DNA from: Gammaproteobacteria bacterium
Lineage (GTDB): Bacteria; Pseudomonadota; Gammaproteobacteria; Eutrophobiales; Eutrophobiaceae
Length of the DNA stretch: 64,000 nt
Reading direction: 5' to 3'
NCBI GenBank assembly: GCA_965238225.1
Contig: OZ250183.1
Span: forward strand, 1,472,001 to 1,536,000
The position numbers and the translations under genes are program-made. The notes beneath the pieces were generated by a model that was given only the letters and a program-made list of their open reading frames with translations, was not told where the DNA came from and did no database searches. Below, piece after piece: positions 10,136-20,473 of the stretch. How positions within the stretch are numbered: position 1 is the first letter of the stretch; each line of letters begins with the position of its first letter.

Positions 10136-10472
10136 TCAACTTTCAAGTGCTTCCAAGATTCTTTTAGCAATCCGACAACTCTCTTTTGCAGCTTCAATTT
10201 TTAAATCTTTTGTGGGCTCATAATCCGCTTCCTGACGAAGCTTTTTCAACGAATCAAGGTCATTACTGACTGTTGATTTATCTTTTAGATAGCATTTACT
10301 GACACTCTGATGAACACCACCGCTTTTATTGGCAACGCTTGCTGCATCTCTGGCGGTTAAAAAAGCCCCGTAATAGGCTCTATTGATCACATTTCTATAC
10401 TCCATTTCTCGCTTTGAATTCTGGAGCATTTCAGAGACGTATCCAAACCATTTCCTTTGGCTCTATCGACAT
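10136..10472 (-). pseudogene. HEPN-domain protein with a +1 frameshift near its N-terminus (C-terminal ORF 10136..10429 intact)
   Basis: YRNVINRAYYGAF...H...LKKLRQEADY; ATG 10472 (MSIEPKE) is out of frame by one base, and the span is 3n+1. Confidence 0.7.
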
Positions 10473-10475
10473 TCA

Positions 10476-11024
10476 TCACCCAACAGAAAGAACGACACGA
10501 CCAGATAGCATGTCTGTTTTTGGCTCAAAAAACGATGAATATAAATGATTTTCTAATGCGTCGAGTCCATCCGTATCTTCTATTTGAGTATTAACAGTAA
10601 CGTATAATTTATCCCAGTGCTCTTCAATGTCATGATAAAACTCCAACTTTAAAGAATCCACACCTTCCAAATTACAAACCTGATCAGGAAGCTGCGCCAA
10701 AAATTCAACCAGATCGTCGTTAGATTTGAGATAGTTTTTAATCTTCGGAAACTCTTCCTTCTCATAACTGCTTAAAACGGCGAATAGATCTGCTTCATCT
10801 TCTTGATATTGTCTTTTAGCACTAACAGAATGAGAAGATACACCATCAAAAACCAGAGTATCAGAAAAAACTTTGATAATAGACGAGACAACGGTATCAG
10901 ATGAAGACGATGAAGAAAAAACTGCATTATTCAAAATATTTTTTTTCAGATAGTTGTCCGCAATTGACCCTGAATTGACCTGCACATCTGGTGTAATGTG
11001 CGCTTGAGATGTTGTTGTTTGCAT
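10476..11024 (-). CDS. Acidic hypothetical protein; C-terminal domain resembles degenerate MNT-fold partners of HEPN proteins
   Basis: 182 aa with a Ser-rich N-terminus and an alpha/beta C-terminus (LEFYHDIEEHWDKLYVTV); lies directly upstream of the HEPN gene. Confidence 0.55.
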   Translation of the reverse strand: MQTTTSQAHITPDVQVNSGSIADNYLKKNILNNAVFSSSSSSDTVVSSIIKVFSDTLVFDGVSSHSVSAKRQYQEDEADLFAVLSSYEKEEFPKIKNYLKSNDDLVEFLAQLPDQVCNLEGVDSLKLEFYHDIEEHWDKLYVTVNTQIEDTDGLDALENHLYSSFFEPKTDMLSGRVVLSVG

Positions 11025-11420
11025 TATACTTGACCCTTTAATCCTATAGATTCTAACATATTTCTGTTTAACAAATACTGAAGCACTTTCTTGTTAGAAT
11101 CATGTGCGACTTCCATTGCTTTTTCTAAATATCCTGTTTGTTGCCTATTGCTATTAAGTAATTTTCATCACAGATAGAGGTTTTATCAGATTTTTTAATT
11201 CTTACAAGATGACTAATAACAGTTTCATGTTCAGCTTGATCGTTTTGTTTATGCGAATCGATGTTCAAATTATTCAATGCTTGCATATCTTCATGTACAG
11301 TCTTGAAAACCACCCTTCCAGTATAGACTCAGTTGGCGATGTTCAACATCAAACGTCACCACAAGCCATAGGATTGCCCAGCCCGCACTCTACCTTGTAG
11401 AGTATCCCCAAGTTACTCTT
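11024..11420 (-). pseudogene. Degraded upstream gene, possibly TIGR04255-family
   Basis: Final frame reads YLEKAMEVAHDSNKKVLQYLLNRNMLESIGLKGQV*, and its TAA overlaps the next ATG (TAATG); earlier fragments lie in other frames. Confidence 0.4.
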
Positions 11421-11436
11421 AAAGACTGATTTTTGA

Positions 11437-11465
11437 TTGAATCCATACCTTATGATCACTAAAAT
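11437..11465 (+). promoter_or_regulatory. Sigma70 promoter of the tRNA transcript
   Basis: TTGAAT-17 bp-TAAAAT followed by AGCTCGC. Confidence 0.6.
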
Positions 11466-11477
11466 AGCTCGCATTAT

Positions 11478-11514
11478 GTCCTGATAGCTCGGCCGGATGA
11501 TGTTCAGGAGGACA
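11478..11514 (+). pseudogene. Internally deleted tRNA relic resembling tRNA-Arg
   Basis: GTCCTGATAGCTCGGCCGGAT matches the tRNA-Arg 5' end at 16/21 positions, and TTCAGGAGGACA matches its 3' end at 9/12; TCCTGA pairs with TCAGGA. Confidence 0.45.
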
Positions 11515-11620
11515 AGTGTCGCGTAAGGCACGACTCCAAGGATGGAGGAGGTAGAACGACGCATGGAGCAAATTGCCGAGGAAGTCGGAAGCGGCTAGGG
11601 CAGACAGTGCGAAGCACTGC
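11515..11620. repeat. GC-rich structured element (REP/MITE-like)
   Basis: Hairpins CTCCA-AGGA-TGGAG and CAGTGC-GAA-GCACTG in an AT-rich context; single copy in this window. Confidence 0.3.
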
Positions 11621-11664
11621 AAGATATGACTGCTTTAAATGAAAAAGTTAATAAATTAAAAGAA

Positions 11665-11741
11665 GCCCTGGTAGCTCAGTTGGATAGAGCGTCCCCCTCC
11701 TAAGGGGAAGGTCAGAGGTTCGAATCCTCTTCAGGGCGCCA
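11665..11741 (+). tRNA. tRNA-Arg(CCT)
   Basis: GCCCTGGTAGCTCAGTTGGATAGAGC...TCCCC-CTCCTAA-GGGGA...GGTTCGAATCC...CCA. Confidence 0.97.
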
Positions 11742-11935
11742 ATAAAATTCCTGCAAACAATTGCTTAGCAAAAACACGCTATTCGAACACCGAACCTCTC
11801 CCAGACTTCTTCAGTAATTTGGCATTTACCGCTAAGGCTGCCCATTACCGCGTGCTTTGCTTTTAGCTCTGCTAAGTCATGGATCTGCTTTTGTCGAAGC
11901 AGATTGGCATCGACATTATTACCTGCTAGATATTA

Positions 11936-12850
11936 TCATTGATTTTCGGCAGCTTGCTGCCCCAAAATCGCTGCGCCTCTCACACCACTTGAATCACCGA
12001 ACTTCGGCGCTACCACCTGAGGTGCCTCTACACCAGCAATTAAAAACTTATTGATAGACACAGCAATTTGTTGGTATAGCTCTTTCACATTGGAAAGACC
12101 TCCGCCTAATACAATCACATCAGGATCAAACATTGATGTCAAAATAGCAAGGTGAGAACTTATACAATCAATGTATATCTGGAAGATGCTCAGTGCTTTC
12201 TTATCATTAGATTGAATTGAACGCACAAAATCTGGAACATCTCTATAGCTTCCGCCAAAGTGTCGACATATCCACAACAAACCAGGTCCTGATAGATATT
12301 GCTCTACGCACCCAACTGCTCCGCATCCACACTTGCGAAGTGGCAGATTGTATTGTTGTTGAATAGTAGCTGGTAATGGTATATGCCCATACTCACCAGC
12401 AAAATTTTGTTTACCATGATAGAGTTCGCCATCAATGCACAAGCCACCAGCAACACCTGTCCCTAAAACTAAGCCTAGTGCGTAACGCACTCCGTTGGCA
12501 GCGCCTCCTCGCGCCTCTGATAAGATAAAAACCTTAACATCGTTTTCAAAGCCAACGGGGCGATCAAGCTCTCTTGACATATCCTTGGTGAATGGCTGCC
12601 CATTGATACAAGGAATATTTGCTGAAATAGTGCGCCCAAGATCGTCAATAAAACCTGGCAACCCAATGCCAACCGATCCTTTCTCTCCTGACTTTTGATC
12701 CGCTTCTTCAACCATCTCCTTGATTTTAGCCAGAAACTCCTGATAGCTACCTTTAGGAGTTGCAATACGCCACGAGGTGACTCCATTCATATTATCGTCA
12801 AAGATTGCCAACTCTATTTTAGAGCCGCCAATATCAAAACCATACAACAT
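11936..12850 (-). CDS. nagK: ROK-family sugar kinase, N-acetylglucosamine kinase
   Basis: YGFDIGGSKIE, END, LGTGVAGG and GEYGH..LP...CGCG..GCVEQYLSGPG motifs; start placed at ATG 12850. Confidence 0.78.
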   Translation of the reverse strand: MLYGFDIGGSKIELAIFDDNMNGVTSWRIATPKGSYQEFLAKIKEMVEEADQKSGEKGSVGIGLPGFIDDLGRTISANIPCINGQPFTKDMSRELDRPVGFENDVKVFILSEARGGAANGVRYALGLVLGTGVAGGLCIDGELYHGKQNFAGEYGHIPLPATIQQQYNLPLRKCGCGAVGCVEQYLSGPGLLWICRHFGGSYRDVPDFVRSIQSNDKKALSIFQIYIDCISSHLAILTSMFDPDVIVLGGGLSNVKELYQQIAVSINKFLIAGVEAPQVVAPKFGDSSGVRGAAILGQQAAENQ

Positions 12851-12988
12851 CTTTAAAAGACTGCTTCCAAGACTAATGCATGAGATGTGCATGCAGTATA
12901 AACTACCATACCTTTATCCTGCGCGGTTCTCTCAATAATACTCAAAAGTTGCTTCACTGAATTGCCCTCAAAAACCAAGACTTAATAT

Positions 12989-14326
12989 TCAGCCAGATAA
13001 CGATGGAGGTTTTCGCCAATATTTCATCTTATGACCTTTAACTGAATACAAGAAAATAGCAAGGTAACATGGAATCATAATCCAATATGCGTTTTGCGGA
13101 TCATTCGAAAACTCAGTTAATGCGCCATATACCAAAGGTAATATCGCCCCCCCTGCAATCCCCATGATTAATAAAGCGGATCCTGTATTGGTATGTTTTT
13201 TCCCCAAACCATGCAAAGCCAAAGGCCATATAGCAGGCCAAACTAGGGCATTAGACAAACCGAACAATGCAACAAAGAGCACAGCATCAGGTATTACAGG
13301 AACCCCTGTCCATCCAAAAATAGTAGTCCATAGGGTATCTGACGTCGGGCTAGCCACCATCAACAAGAACGTAAAAACCAATCCGAACAATGCTGATACT
13401 GATAACGCTTTTTGTTGACTGATCCACCTAGGGATGGCAATCAAGCCAAGAATATAACCTATCACCATAAAGCTCATTGTATAGGCAGTCAGTTGTGCAT
13501 AATTCTCTACACCGGCATCTTTTCCAAAAAGCCCTATGGTATCTCCAGCAATCACCTCTGCGCCCACATAAAAAAATAAAGTAACCGCTCCTAATATCAG
13601 ATGAGGATAATTGAGTATGCTCTTATCAGAACCAGACGTATTAGGATCGCCTTCATCTTCAATATCTGGCTCAGGTAATGGAGAGAACTGTATAAAGAAT
13701 GCTAACACCGCCAATATGCCTGCCATCAATAAATACGGAAAAACCAATCGTGAAGACAGCTCCGTCAATTCTGCCAAGCGATCTTCCCCGCTCAATGACA
13801 TAAGGCGCGCTTCGCTGAACTGGGACATATCAGATAATACAAAAGCGGTAAAAACAATCGGGGCAATGACCCCTGCACTCTTATTCAGAATGCCCATGAT
13901 ACTTATGCGCACTGCAGCAGACTCATGTGGTCCGATCGTAACAATATAGGGATTGGCTGCTGTTTGCAGTATGGTGAGGCCTGTTCCAAGAATAAATAAT
14001 GCTACAAGGAAAATACTATATATACGCAAGGTGGCGGCTGGAATAAATATGAGCGCACCAATGACCATCACTGCCAATCCCAGCACCATGCCATTTTTAT
14101 AACCTGTTTTTTGCAAGATAAATGACATAGGCAATGCCATTACCGTGTAAGCGATGTAAAAGACCAAAGTCACCAGATACGCTTGTAAATGATTAAGCTC
14201 ACAAGCAATTTGCAAAAATGGAATTAATGAACCGTTTAGCCATGTCACAAAGCCAAACATAAAGAAAAGCGTGCCGATTATAATCATCGGCATCAAGGAA
14301 GAAACTGGTTTATTTGCTATTGTCAT
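12989..14326 (-). CDS. Sugar MFS transporter, GluP/FucP family (NagP-like)
   Basis: FFMFGFVTWLNGSLIP, LQTAANPY, FFYVGAEV and IMGIAGGAILP motifs. Confidence 0.88.
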   Translation of the reverse strand: MTIANKPVSSLMPMIIIGTLFFMFGFVTWLNGSLIPFLQIACELNHLQAYLVTLVFYIAYTVMALPMSFILQKTGYKNGMVLGLAVMVIGALIFIPAATLRIYSIFLVALFILGTGLTILQTAANPYIVTIGPHESAAVRISIMGILNKSAGVIAPIVFTAFVLSDMSQFSEARLMSLSGEDRLAELTELSSRLVFPYLLMAGILAVLAFFIQFSPLPEPDIEDEGDPNTSGSDKSILNYPHLILGAVTLFFYVGAEVIAGDTIGLFGKDAGVENYAQLTAYTMSFMVIGYILGLIAIPRWISQQKALSVSALFGLVFTFLLMVASPTSDTLWTTIFGWTGVPVIPDAVLFVALFGLSNALVWPAIWPLALHGLGKKHTNTGSALLIMGIAGGAILPLVYGALTEFSNDPQNAYWIMIPCYLAIFLYSVKGHKMKYWRKPPSLSG

Positions 14327-15098
14327 GAGATCGTCCCCATTACCAAACAAGCACAAGCTATATAACGATACATCACATAAATTCGCCCTTGAGCTAGATC
14401 GTCTAGCGCCAAAGGCTATCACTGCACGTGAACCTTCACAAGCTTTCGTTATGATATTTCAAAATACTTTTCTGAAGAGGATTTACAAACCTGAGCCATA
14501 TTTAATAAAATACGCATCAACCCACTCTTTAGCGCCATTCTATTATAGCCTGTATCGCTACTCTGATTTTGTAGCTTGTTATCAAATAGGATGCTGTGTT
14601 TAGCCAGCATATTAAATTATGAAAGTCAGTGATAAGGTGATTACATCTTAATTGGATAGGAAATAACAGCAATAAACCATTCCGCGCCTTAATAGGTATT
14701 ATACTTTAGATGAAATACAACCCTATGCTCTTCCTTGGGGCGGGAAAATTCTTTGAAGTGAAAATAAGAATTCACATATGTTCGAACTGATCGATCACCC
14801 TTAAATGCCTGATCACCAGATTCATTCACCAAGCCGAAATCCAAGCCGTGTAGAAATCCCAATGGTGTTCTTTTTTTCCTTCAATATTATGTTTCAGCAA
14901 CTTGTCGGTAATCCCAACTAATACTGAAGAAATTTTCAGGATCATCACTTTTCTTTCGACCCATGCGGGATTCTGTATGCACATAGCCTTAATTAGTGTT
15001 ATCCAAGGCTTCGCCAATCATGTGGGCAAATTTCTTGATGATACCGGCGAATGCTTGCCCATTTATAAATCAAACATTTAAAGATGGTTCTTGCCACC

Positions 15099-15141
15099 CC
15101 TAAGGGGAAAGCTAGAGGTTCGAATCCTCTTCAGGGCGCCA
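15099..15141 (+). repeat. attR: duplicated 3' portion of tRNA-Arg
   Basis: CCTAAGGGGAAAGCTAGAGGTTCGAATCCTCTTCAGGGCGCCA, 40/43 identical to 11699..11741 and beginning at the anticodon. Confidence 0.92.
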
Positions 15142-15166
15142 TCATTTAAAGCTTAAGCCTAATTAA

Positions 15167-15421
15167 TTATTTCTGATTCAAAAGAATATCTTTATCCTTT
15201 CTGCTTAATTGTTTGGTTTCATATTCTCGTTTTGCTGCTGCAGAATGTGATTCACATATCTCTTGATAAACCAGAACAACAGGTCTTCTAGTATGCGTAT
15301 ATTTAGCTGCTAATTTATCATTTTCATTGTGTTCTTGAATTCTTCTGGCCACATCTTTTGTGATGCCTGTATATAAACTGTCATCAGCACAACGAACAAT
15401 ATAAACAAACCAGTTATTCAT
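15167..15421 (-). CDS. GIY-YIG nuclease family protein (UPF0213-like)
   Basis: WFVYIVRCADDSLYTGIT...AKYT...AAKRE. Confidence 0.88.
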   Translation of the reverse strand: MNNWFVYIVRCADDSLYTGITKDVARRIQEHNENDKLAAKYTHTRRPVVLVYQEICESHSAAAKREYETKQLSRKDKDILLNQK

Positions 15422-15782
15422 ATATTAAGAATGCTCCATTAACAAAAGTATTTAAAAATGGTGCTCATACTGATTTATATCTTGTTGCATATTTCGCTTT
15501 AAATATCATAACAGACATCTTTCAGTCGTAGAAAATAAACAGCCGATAGGTATAATATCGACAACAAATATTTATGAGAAAATTTTATTAAGAATATCAC
15601 TAATGAGTACACATAAAATACCTACACACGTATCTAAAAACTACTGGAAAATGCTTGCGGGATACAAAGAACGCATTAAATGAATTTGCTAAAAACAGCA
15701 TTAGAAAAACAAACGATTCATCAACAAATAATTTAATGGCTCGTTACCTTGCTAAAAATAAATCTTAAAATTAAGTTCTAAT

Positions 15783-16568
15783 ATGAAAACAATTATCCTT
15801 GCAGCTGGAATAGGCCAGCGTTTAGGTAATCTTGAAAGCAACGCTTCCGAGAGAAAACCAAAATGCTTGCTGGAATTTAATGGCAAGAGTTTATTGCAAA
15901 GACATTTAGAAAATCTCTATCACTACGGTATAGATAATATCGTTATCGTGACAGGTTTTAAAGCCGATATGATTAAATCAACATTGGCTGATATTGGGGC
16001 TCGCCATGTCAGTCTTTGTTTTAACCCTGATTTTACCAAAGGCAGCATTTTAAGCATGGTATCTGCGCTCAATACTCTGGAAGAAAATCAGGATTTTATC
16101 CTGATGGATGCCGATGTGCTCTATGATCACAATATTCTTGGCAGATTGATAAATTCAAGAGAAGAAAACGTTTTCCTTCTGGATCAGAATTTTGAAATGG
16201 GAGAGGAGCCTGTGAAATTATGTGTGCGTAATAAGCATCTCATCGAATTTAGAAAACAGCTGGATAAAAACCTAGTCTTTGATTTTATGGGAGAATCAGT
16301 TGGGTTTTTCAAATTCACGTCCGCAATAGGAAAATTGCTTGTCCTAAAGGCGGGTGAGTATATTAATAAGGGGGGGAATGAGATTCCTTACGAGGAAATC
16401 ATCAGAGACTTATTGCTCGCCAAACCAGAGCAATACTCATTTGAAGATATTACTGGCCTACCTTGGTTGGAAATAGATTTTCCAGAAGATATTGTCAAAG
16501 CACAGGGTACAATACTGCCAAAACTGACAGATTTACCAAACACTAATAAACTGAAACGAAAGTCTTAA
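15783..16568 (+). CDS. Cytidylyltransferase, LicC/PntC-like (phosphonate-activating)
   Basis: ILAAGIGQRL, PKCLL, MDADVLY, GESVGF and WLEIDFPED motifs; first gene of the phosphonate operon. Confidence 0.82.
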   Translation: MKTIILAAGIGQRLGNLESNASERKPKCLLEFNGKSLLQRHLENLYHYGIDNIVIVTGFKADMIKSTLADIGARHVSLCFNPDFTKGSILSMVSALNTLEENQDFILMDADVLYDHNILGRLINSREENVFLLDQNFEMGEEPVKLCVRNKHLIEFRKQLDKNLVFDFMGESVGFFKFTSAIGKLLVLKAGEYINKGGNEIPYEEIIRDLLLAKPEQYSFEDITGLPWLEIDFPEDIVKAQGTILPKLTDLPNTNKLKRKS

Positions 16569-16577
16569 AGTATATCA

Positions 16578-18212
16578 ATGACTGAAAATATTTTACTAAG
16601 TAAAAGTGCAAAACTCCGCGCCTTACTTGAATCTAATAAACTTGAATTCATCATGGAAGCACACAATGGCATTTCTGCTCAAATTGTTGAACAGGCAGGG
16701 TTCAAAGGTATCTGGAGCAGTGGGCTGGCGATGTCTGCGCAATATGCTGCGCGTGACAGCAATGAAATCAGTTGGACTCAGATTGTCGACATGCTGGAGT
16801 TCATGTCTGATGCAACAGAAATCCCAATTCTGCTTGATGGTGATACCGGTTATGGCAATTTCAACAACATGCGCCGGCTAATAAAGAAACTTGAGCAAAG
16901 GCAAATAGCTGGTGTTTGCATCGAAGACAAACTATTCCCAAAGACAAATAGTTTTATCGATGGACAACGCCAACCGCTGGCCGATACGGATGAATTTTGC
17001 GGGAAGATAAAAGCAGGCAAAGACAGTCAAAATGATCCAGATTTTTGCATTGTTGCTAGGGTCGAAGCACTCATCGCTGGCTGGGGAATCACAGAAGCGT
17101 TAAGACGTGCCGAGGTCTATCACGAAGCAGGTGCAGACGGGATACTGATCCATAGCAAACTATCGCAAGCGAATGAAATTCTTGAATTTGCTCATGAATG
17201 GGAAAATAGATCGCCTTTGGTGATTGTTCCAACGATCTATTACAGCACACCAACAGATATCTTTAGAAACGCAAATATCAGTTTAGTCATTTGGGCAAAT
17301 CATATGATCCGCGCAGCAGTCGCTGCTATGGAAAAAATAAGTGCCGATATATATGCAAGTGAATCGGTAACCAATGTTGAAGATAATATTGCGTCTATGA
17401 AAAAAATATTTTCTCTACAAGGTGCAGCCGAGCTCAGCGAGGCTCAGGAACGTTATCTAAACTCTAAAGGCTCAGAAACCAAAGCCATCGTGCTGGCAGC
17501 AAGCCACGGTCATGCGCTTGGCGCGCTCACTGAAGATAAACCGAAGGTAATGCTTCCACTTGGCGGAAAAACCGTTTTACGTCACTTGCTTGATGAATTT
17601 AAAAATCAGAATATCAATCAAGTCACTTTGGTTGCAGGCTACAAACCCGACTCTATTGATGCCAGTGATGTAGATATACATATCAATAAAGATTACGCGA
17701 CAACAGGTGAGCTGGTTTCACTCGCCGAGGTCGTAAACGAATTCCACGAGGACATGATTATTACTTATGGTGATCTACTATTTCGTAGCTACATCCTCAG
17801 AGACTTACTTGAAAGTGAAGGTGAAATTGTTGTTGTCATTGATTCCACGGTTGAAAATAAAAATTATAGTGGTTCGCCAAGTTACGCCTACTGCTCAGAA
17901 AAAGAAGACAGAACCATATTCAAACGAGATGTTTTTCTAAAACATGTTTCTGAGGAGAAAAAATCGTCACCAAATGCCCCAAACGGCCAATGGATTGGGA
18001 TGTTACGTGTACATGGTCAAGGCAAACAATGGATCGAAGAAACCATTGATGAATTAAAAACACATGAATGTTATCGGCAAATGTCTCTTTCTGACCTCAT
18101 AAACCAATTGATTAAGCAAAATCGTCCTGTCAAAGTGCTTTACATTAATGGTCACTGGATTGATATCAACGCATTGACAGATATCGATCGTGCTGGTGAT
18201 TTTGCCAAGTAA
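16578..18212 (+). CDS. aepX: Phosphoenolpyruvate mutase fused to a C-terminal nucleotidyltransferase domain
   Basis: PepM signature [10 protein letters not shown], plus MEAHNG and LDGDTG; the C-terminal domain has VLAASHG..L..LT.DKPK and YGDLLF. Confidence 0.95.
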   Translation: MTENILLSKSAKLRALLESNKLEFIMEAHNGISAQIVEQAGFKGIWSSGLAMSAQYAARDSNEISWTQIVDMLEFMSDATEIPILLDGDTGYGNFNNMRRLIKKLEQRQIAGVCIEDKLFPKTNSFIDGQRQPLADTDEFCGKIKAGKDSQNDPDFCIVARVEALIAGWGITEALRRAEVYHEAGADGILIHSKLSQANEILEFAHEWENRSPLVIVPTIYYSTPTDIFRNANISLVIWANHMIRAAVAAMEKISADIYASESVTNVEDNIASMKKIFSLQGAAELSEAQERYLNSKGSETKAIVLAASHGHALGALTEDKPKVMLPLGGKTVLRHLLDEFKNQNINQVTLVAGYKPDSIDASDVDIHINKDYATTGELVSLAEVVNEFHEDMIITYGDLLFRSYILRDLLESEGEIVVVIDSTVENKNYSGSPSYAYCSEKEDRTIFKRDVFLKHVSEEKKSSPNAPNGQWIGMLRVHGQGKQWIEETIDELKTHECYRQMSLSDLINQLIKQNRPVKVLYINGHWIDINALTDIDRAGDFAK

Positions 18213-18225
18213 TAGGAAATAGAAG

Positions 18226-19401
18226 GTGATACAGGCAAGAGATTTTATTGAGGCAGCGCGTCGCTTGGGTTTTCAACGCTACGCAGGTGTCCCCTGCTCT
18301 TTCCTCACCCCTTTTATAAACTACGTTATCAATGATAAATCTTTAAATTATATTTCATCTGCAAACGAAGGTGATGCTATTGCTGCGGCTTGTGGTGCAA
18401 CAATAGGCGGGGAACGCTCTATTGCCATGATGCAGAATTCAGGACTGGGAAACGCTGTGAACCCCATTACCTCCTTGAGTTACATATTCCATATCCCCAT
18501 AATAATTATCACTACTCATCGTGGCGCACCAGGAATAATAGACGAGCCTCAGCATGAATTAATGGGACAAGTGACTGGCGAGATGTTCGATATCATGCGT
18601 ATCCCATGGGAAACATTTCCTGCAAAAAAAGAAAATATTGAAAAGGCATTAGGGCGTGCCTGCACATTCATGGAAAAAGAACAAAGACCTTATGGCTTCA
18701 TCATGCAAAAAAACACAGTTACTGCCCATGATCTCAAAAACAATCGTCTTCTAGAAACTAAAAAGACTGACAGTATAAAAAAGACATTTAATCAAAATGG
18801 TATGCCTCAACTTAGCAGGCAGGAGGTACTAAAAAAAGTTATTCAACATACAACCGTTGAAAATTCTATTGTTATTGCAACGACAGGATTTACAGGACGG
18901 GAATTATTTGCCATTGATGACCGCAAGAATCATATTTACATGGTCGGCTCCATGGGTTGCGCATCTTCGTTGGGGCTTGGCTTGGCTCTTGCGCGTCCTG
19001 ATTTACAGGTCGTAGTGGTCGAAGGTGACGGGGCAGCACTGATGCGTATGGGAAATTTCGCAACCTTAGGCAGTTATGGAGGCAAAAATCTCACCCATAT
19101 CGTTCTCGATAATGAAGCACATGATTCGACAGGCGCACAAGCCACAGTAACGAATAATGTGAAATTTGCGGATATAGCTTCTGCATGCGGCTATGCTATG
19201 AGTTACGAGGGCAATGATATAAAACTAATAGATGAATTATTTAATAATGAAGGGCATTCAGGTGCAAAATTTGCACACCTAAAAATTTCTGCAGGTACAA
19301 TTGTAAACTTGCCTCGTCCAAATCTCACGCCAGTTGAGGTCTTACAAAGACTGATGCAGCATATTGGCACAGATTTTAAAAGACAAAATACTCATGCCTG
19401 A
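18226..19401 (+). CDS. aepY: Phosphonopyruvate decarboxylase
   Basis: GVPCSFL, NEGDA, MQNSGLGN, DEPQH, GSMG and GDGAALM motifs. Confidence 0.94.
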   Translation: MIQARDFIEAARRLGFQRYAGVPCSFLTPFINYVINDKSLNYISSANEGDAIAAACGATIGGERSIAMMQNSGLGNAVNPITSLSYIFHIPIIIITTHRGAPGIIDEPQHELMGQVTGEMFDIMRIPWETFPAKKENIEKALGRACTFMEKEQRPYGFIMQKNTVTAHDLKNNRLLETKKTDSIKKTFNQNGMPQLSRQEVLKKVIQHTTVENSIVIATTGFTGRELFAIDDRKNHIYMVGSMGCASSLGLGLALARPDLQVVVVEGDGAALMRMGNFATLGSYGGKNLTHIVLDNEAHDSTGAQATVTNNVKFADIASACGYAMSYEGNDIKLIDELFNNEGHSGAKFAHLKISAGTIVNLPRPNLTPVEVLQRLMQHIGTDFKRQNTHA

Positions 19402-20473
19402 AATATTATTAAACCCAGGGCCAGTTATCCTCAGTGAACGTGTTCGCCGTGCTATGTTGCACCCTGATCTGTGTCATCGTGAGACAGAGTTTATTGCACT
19501 ACAAAATAGCATTCGTCACGATTTATTAAATGTCTATTCCCTGCATGATGATAAGTGGGCAGCGGTTCTAATGACCGGTTCAGGCACTGCTGCAATGGAG
19601 GCTATGATGACCAGTCTGGTTCCGAGTCATGGCAAGGTATTGATTATTGAAAATGGTATCTACGGAGAGCGCCTCGGCAAGATCGCAGAAATTTATCAGA
19701 TTAACCACATGACCTTATCCCATGCATGGGATGAAGCCATCGATTTAAACCTGCTCGAAAATAAATTGCGTTACCACGAAGAACTCAGCCACGTTGCTGT
19801 TGTCCACCACGAAACCACCACCGGCAGACTGAATAACCTAAAGGGTGTGGCGGAAGTCTGTGCTAAATATAATTTGCCTGTTTTATTGGATGGTGTCAGT
19901 AGTTTTGGTGCAGAAGATATTGCATTTGATGATTGGAACATCGCTGCTTGTGCTGGTACAGCTAATAAATGTTTGCATGCCGTGCCCGGTACCTCCTTTG
20001 TTATTTGCAATAGAAGTATATTCGATACAATGCAAGCAACGCCACCAAGGACGCTCTATCTTGATCTTTCCAGTTATTTAAAAAATCAGGACGCAAACAG
20101 CACACCTTTCACTCAATCGGTACAAACCTTCTACGCGCTTTCTGAGGCTCTGCAAGAACTCCAAGATCAAGGCGGCCAAAAAAAACGTAAACAAAACTAC
20201 TGGAGCAGGATCAATATTGTAAGAAAAGGTTTAGACAAATTGGGAATCGAAGCTTTGCTGAGAGCAGAAGATTGTTCTTGTGTTCTCAATGCCTTTAAGT
20301 TACCCACTGGTATTCAGTACCAATCATTACATGATGAGCTCAAAAAAAATGGGTTTGTAATTTATGCGGGTCAAGGCGAACTATCTAAAACACTTTTCAG
20401 AATTTCATGTATGGGTGAAATAATGCAACAAGATATGGAAAGATTTGTAACTGTGATGGGAAGCATTCTCTAA
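19394..20473 (+). CDS. aepZ: 2-aminoethylphosphonate aminotransferase (PhnW/AepZ family)
   Basis: [33 protein letters not shown] and IYAGQG motifs. Confidence 0.88.
   Translation: MPEILLNPGPVILSERVRRAMLHPDLCHRETEFIALQNSIRHDLLNVYSLHDDKWAAVLMTGSGTAAMEAMMTSLVPSHGKVLIIENGIYGERLGKIAEIYQINHMTLSHAWDEAIDLNLLENKLRYHEELSHVAVVHHETTTGRLNNLKGVAEVCAKYNLPVLLDGVSSFGAEDIAFDDWNIAACAGTANKCLHAVPGTSFVICNRSIFDTMQATPPRTLYLDLSSYLKNQDANSTPFTQSVQTFYALSEALQELQDQGGQKKRKQNYWSRINIVRKGLDKLGIEALLRAEDCSCVLNAFKLPTGIQYQSLHDELKKNGFVIYAGQGELSKTLFRISCMGEIMQQDMERFVTVMGSIL

Larger units (their letters stand above)
11742..15141. mobile_element. Decayed tRNA-Arg-integrated genomic island (3.4 kb, no integrase)
   Basis: Bounded by tRNA 11699..11741 and its 43 bp copy at 15099..15141. 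Confidence 0.8.

Noticed and set aside
14826-15017. 63 aa ORF within the island as an integrase fragment
   Set aside because: No tyrosine- or serine-recombinase motifs; left as unidentified debris.
15167-15421. GIY-YIG gene as the mobility enzyme of the island
   Set aside because: It lies outside attR and is the short stand-alone chromosomal type.
15736-15753. Sigma54 promoter upstream of the phosphonate operon (TGGCTCGTTACCTTGCT)
   Set aside because: GG-to-GC spacing is 11 nt rather than the required 10.
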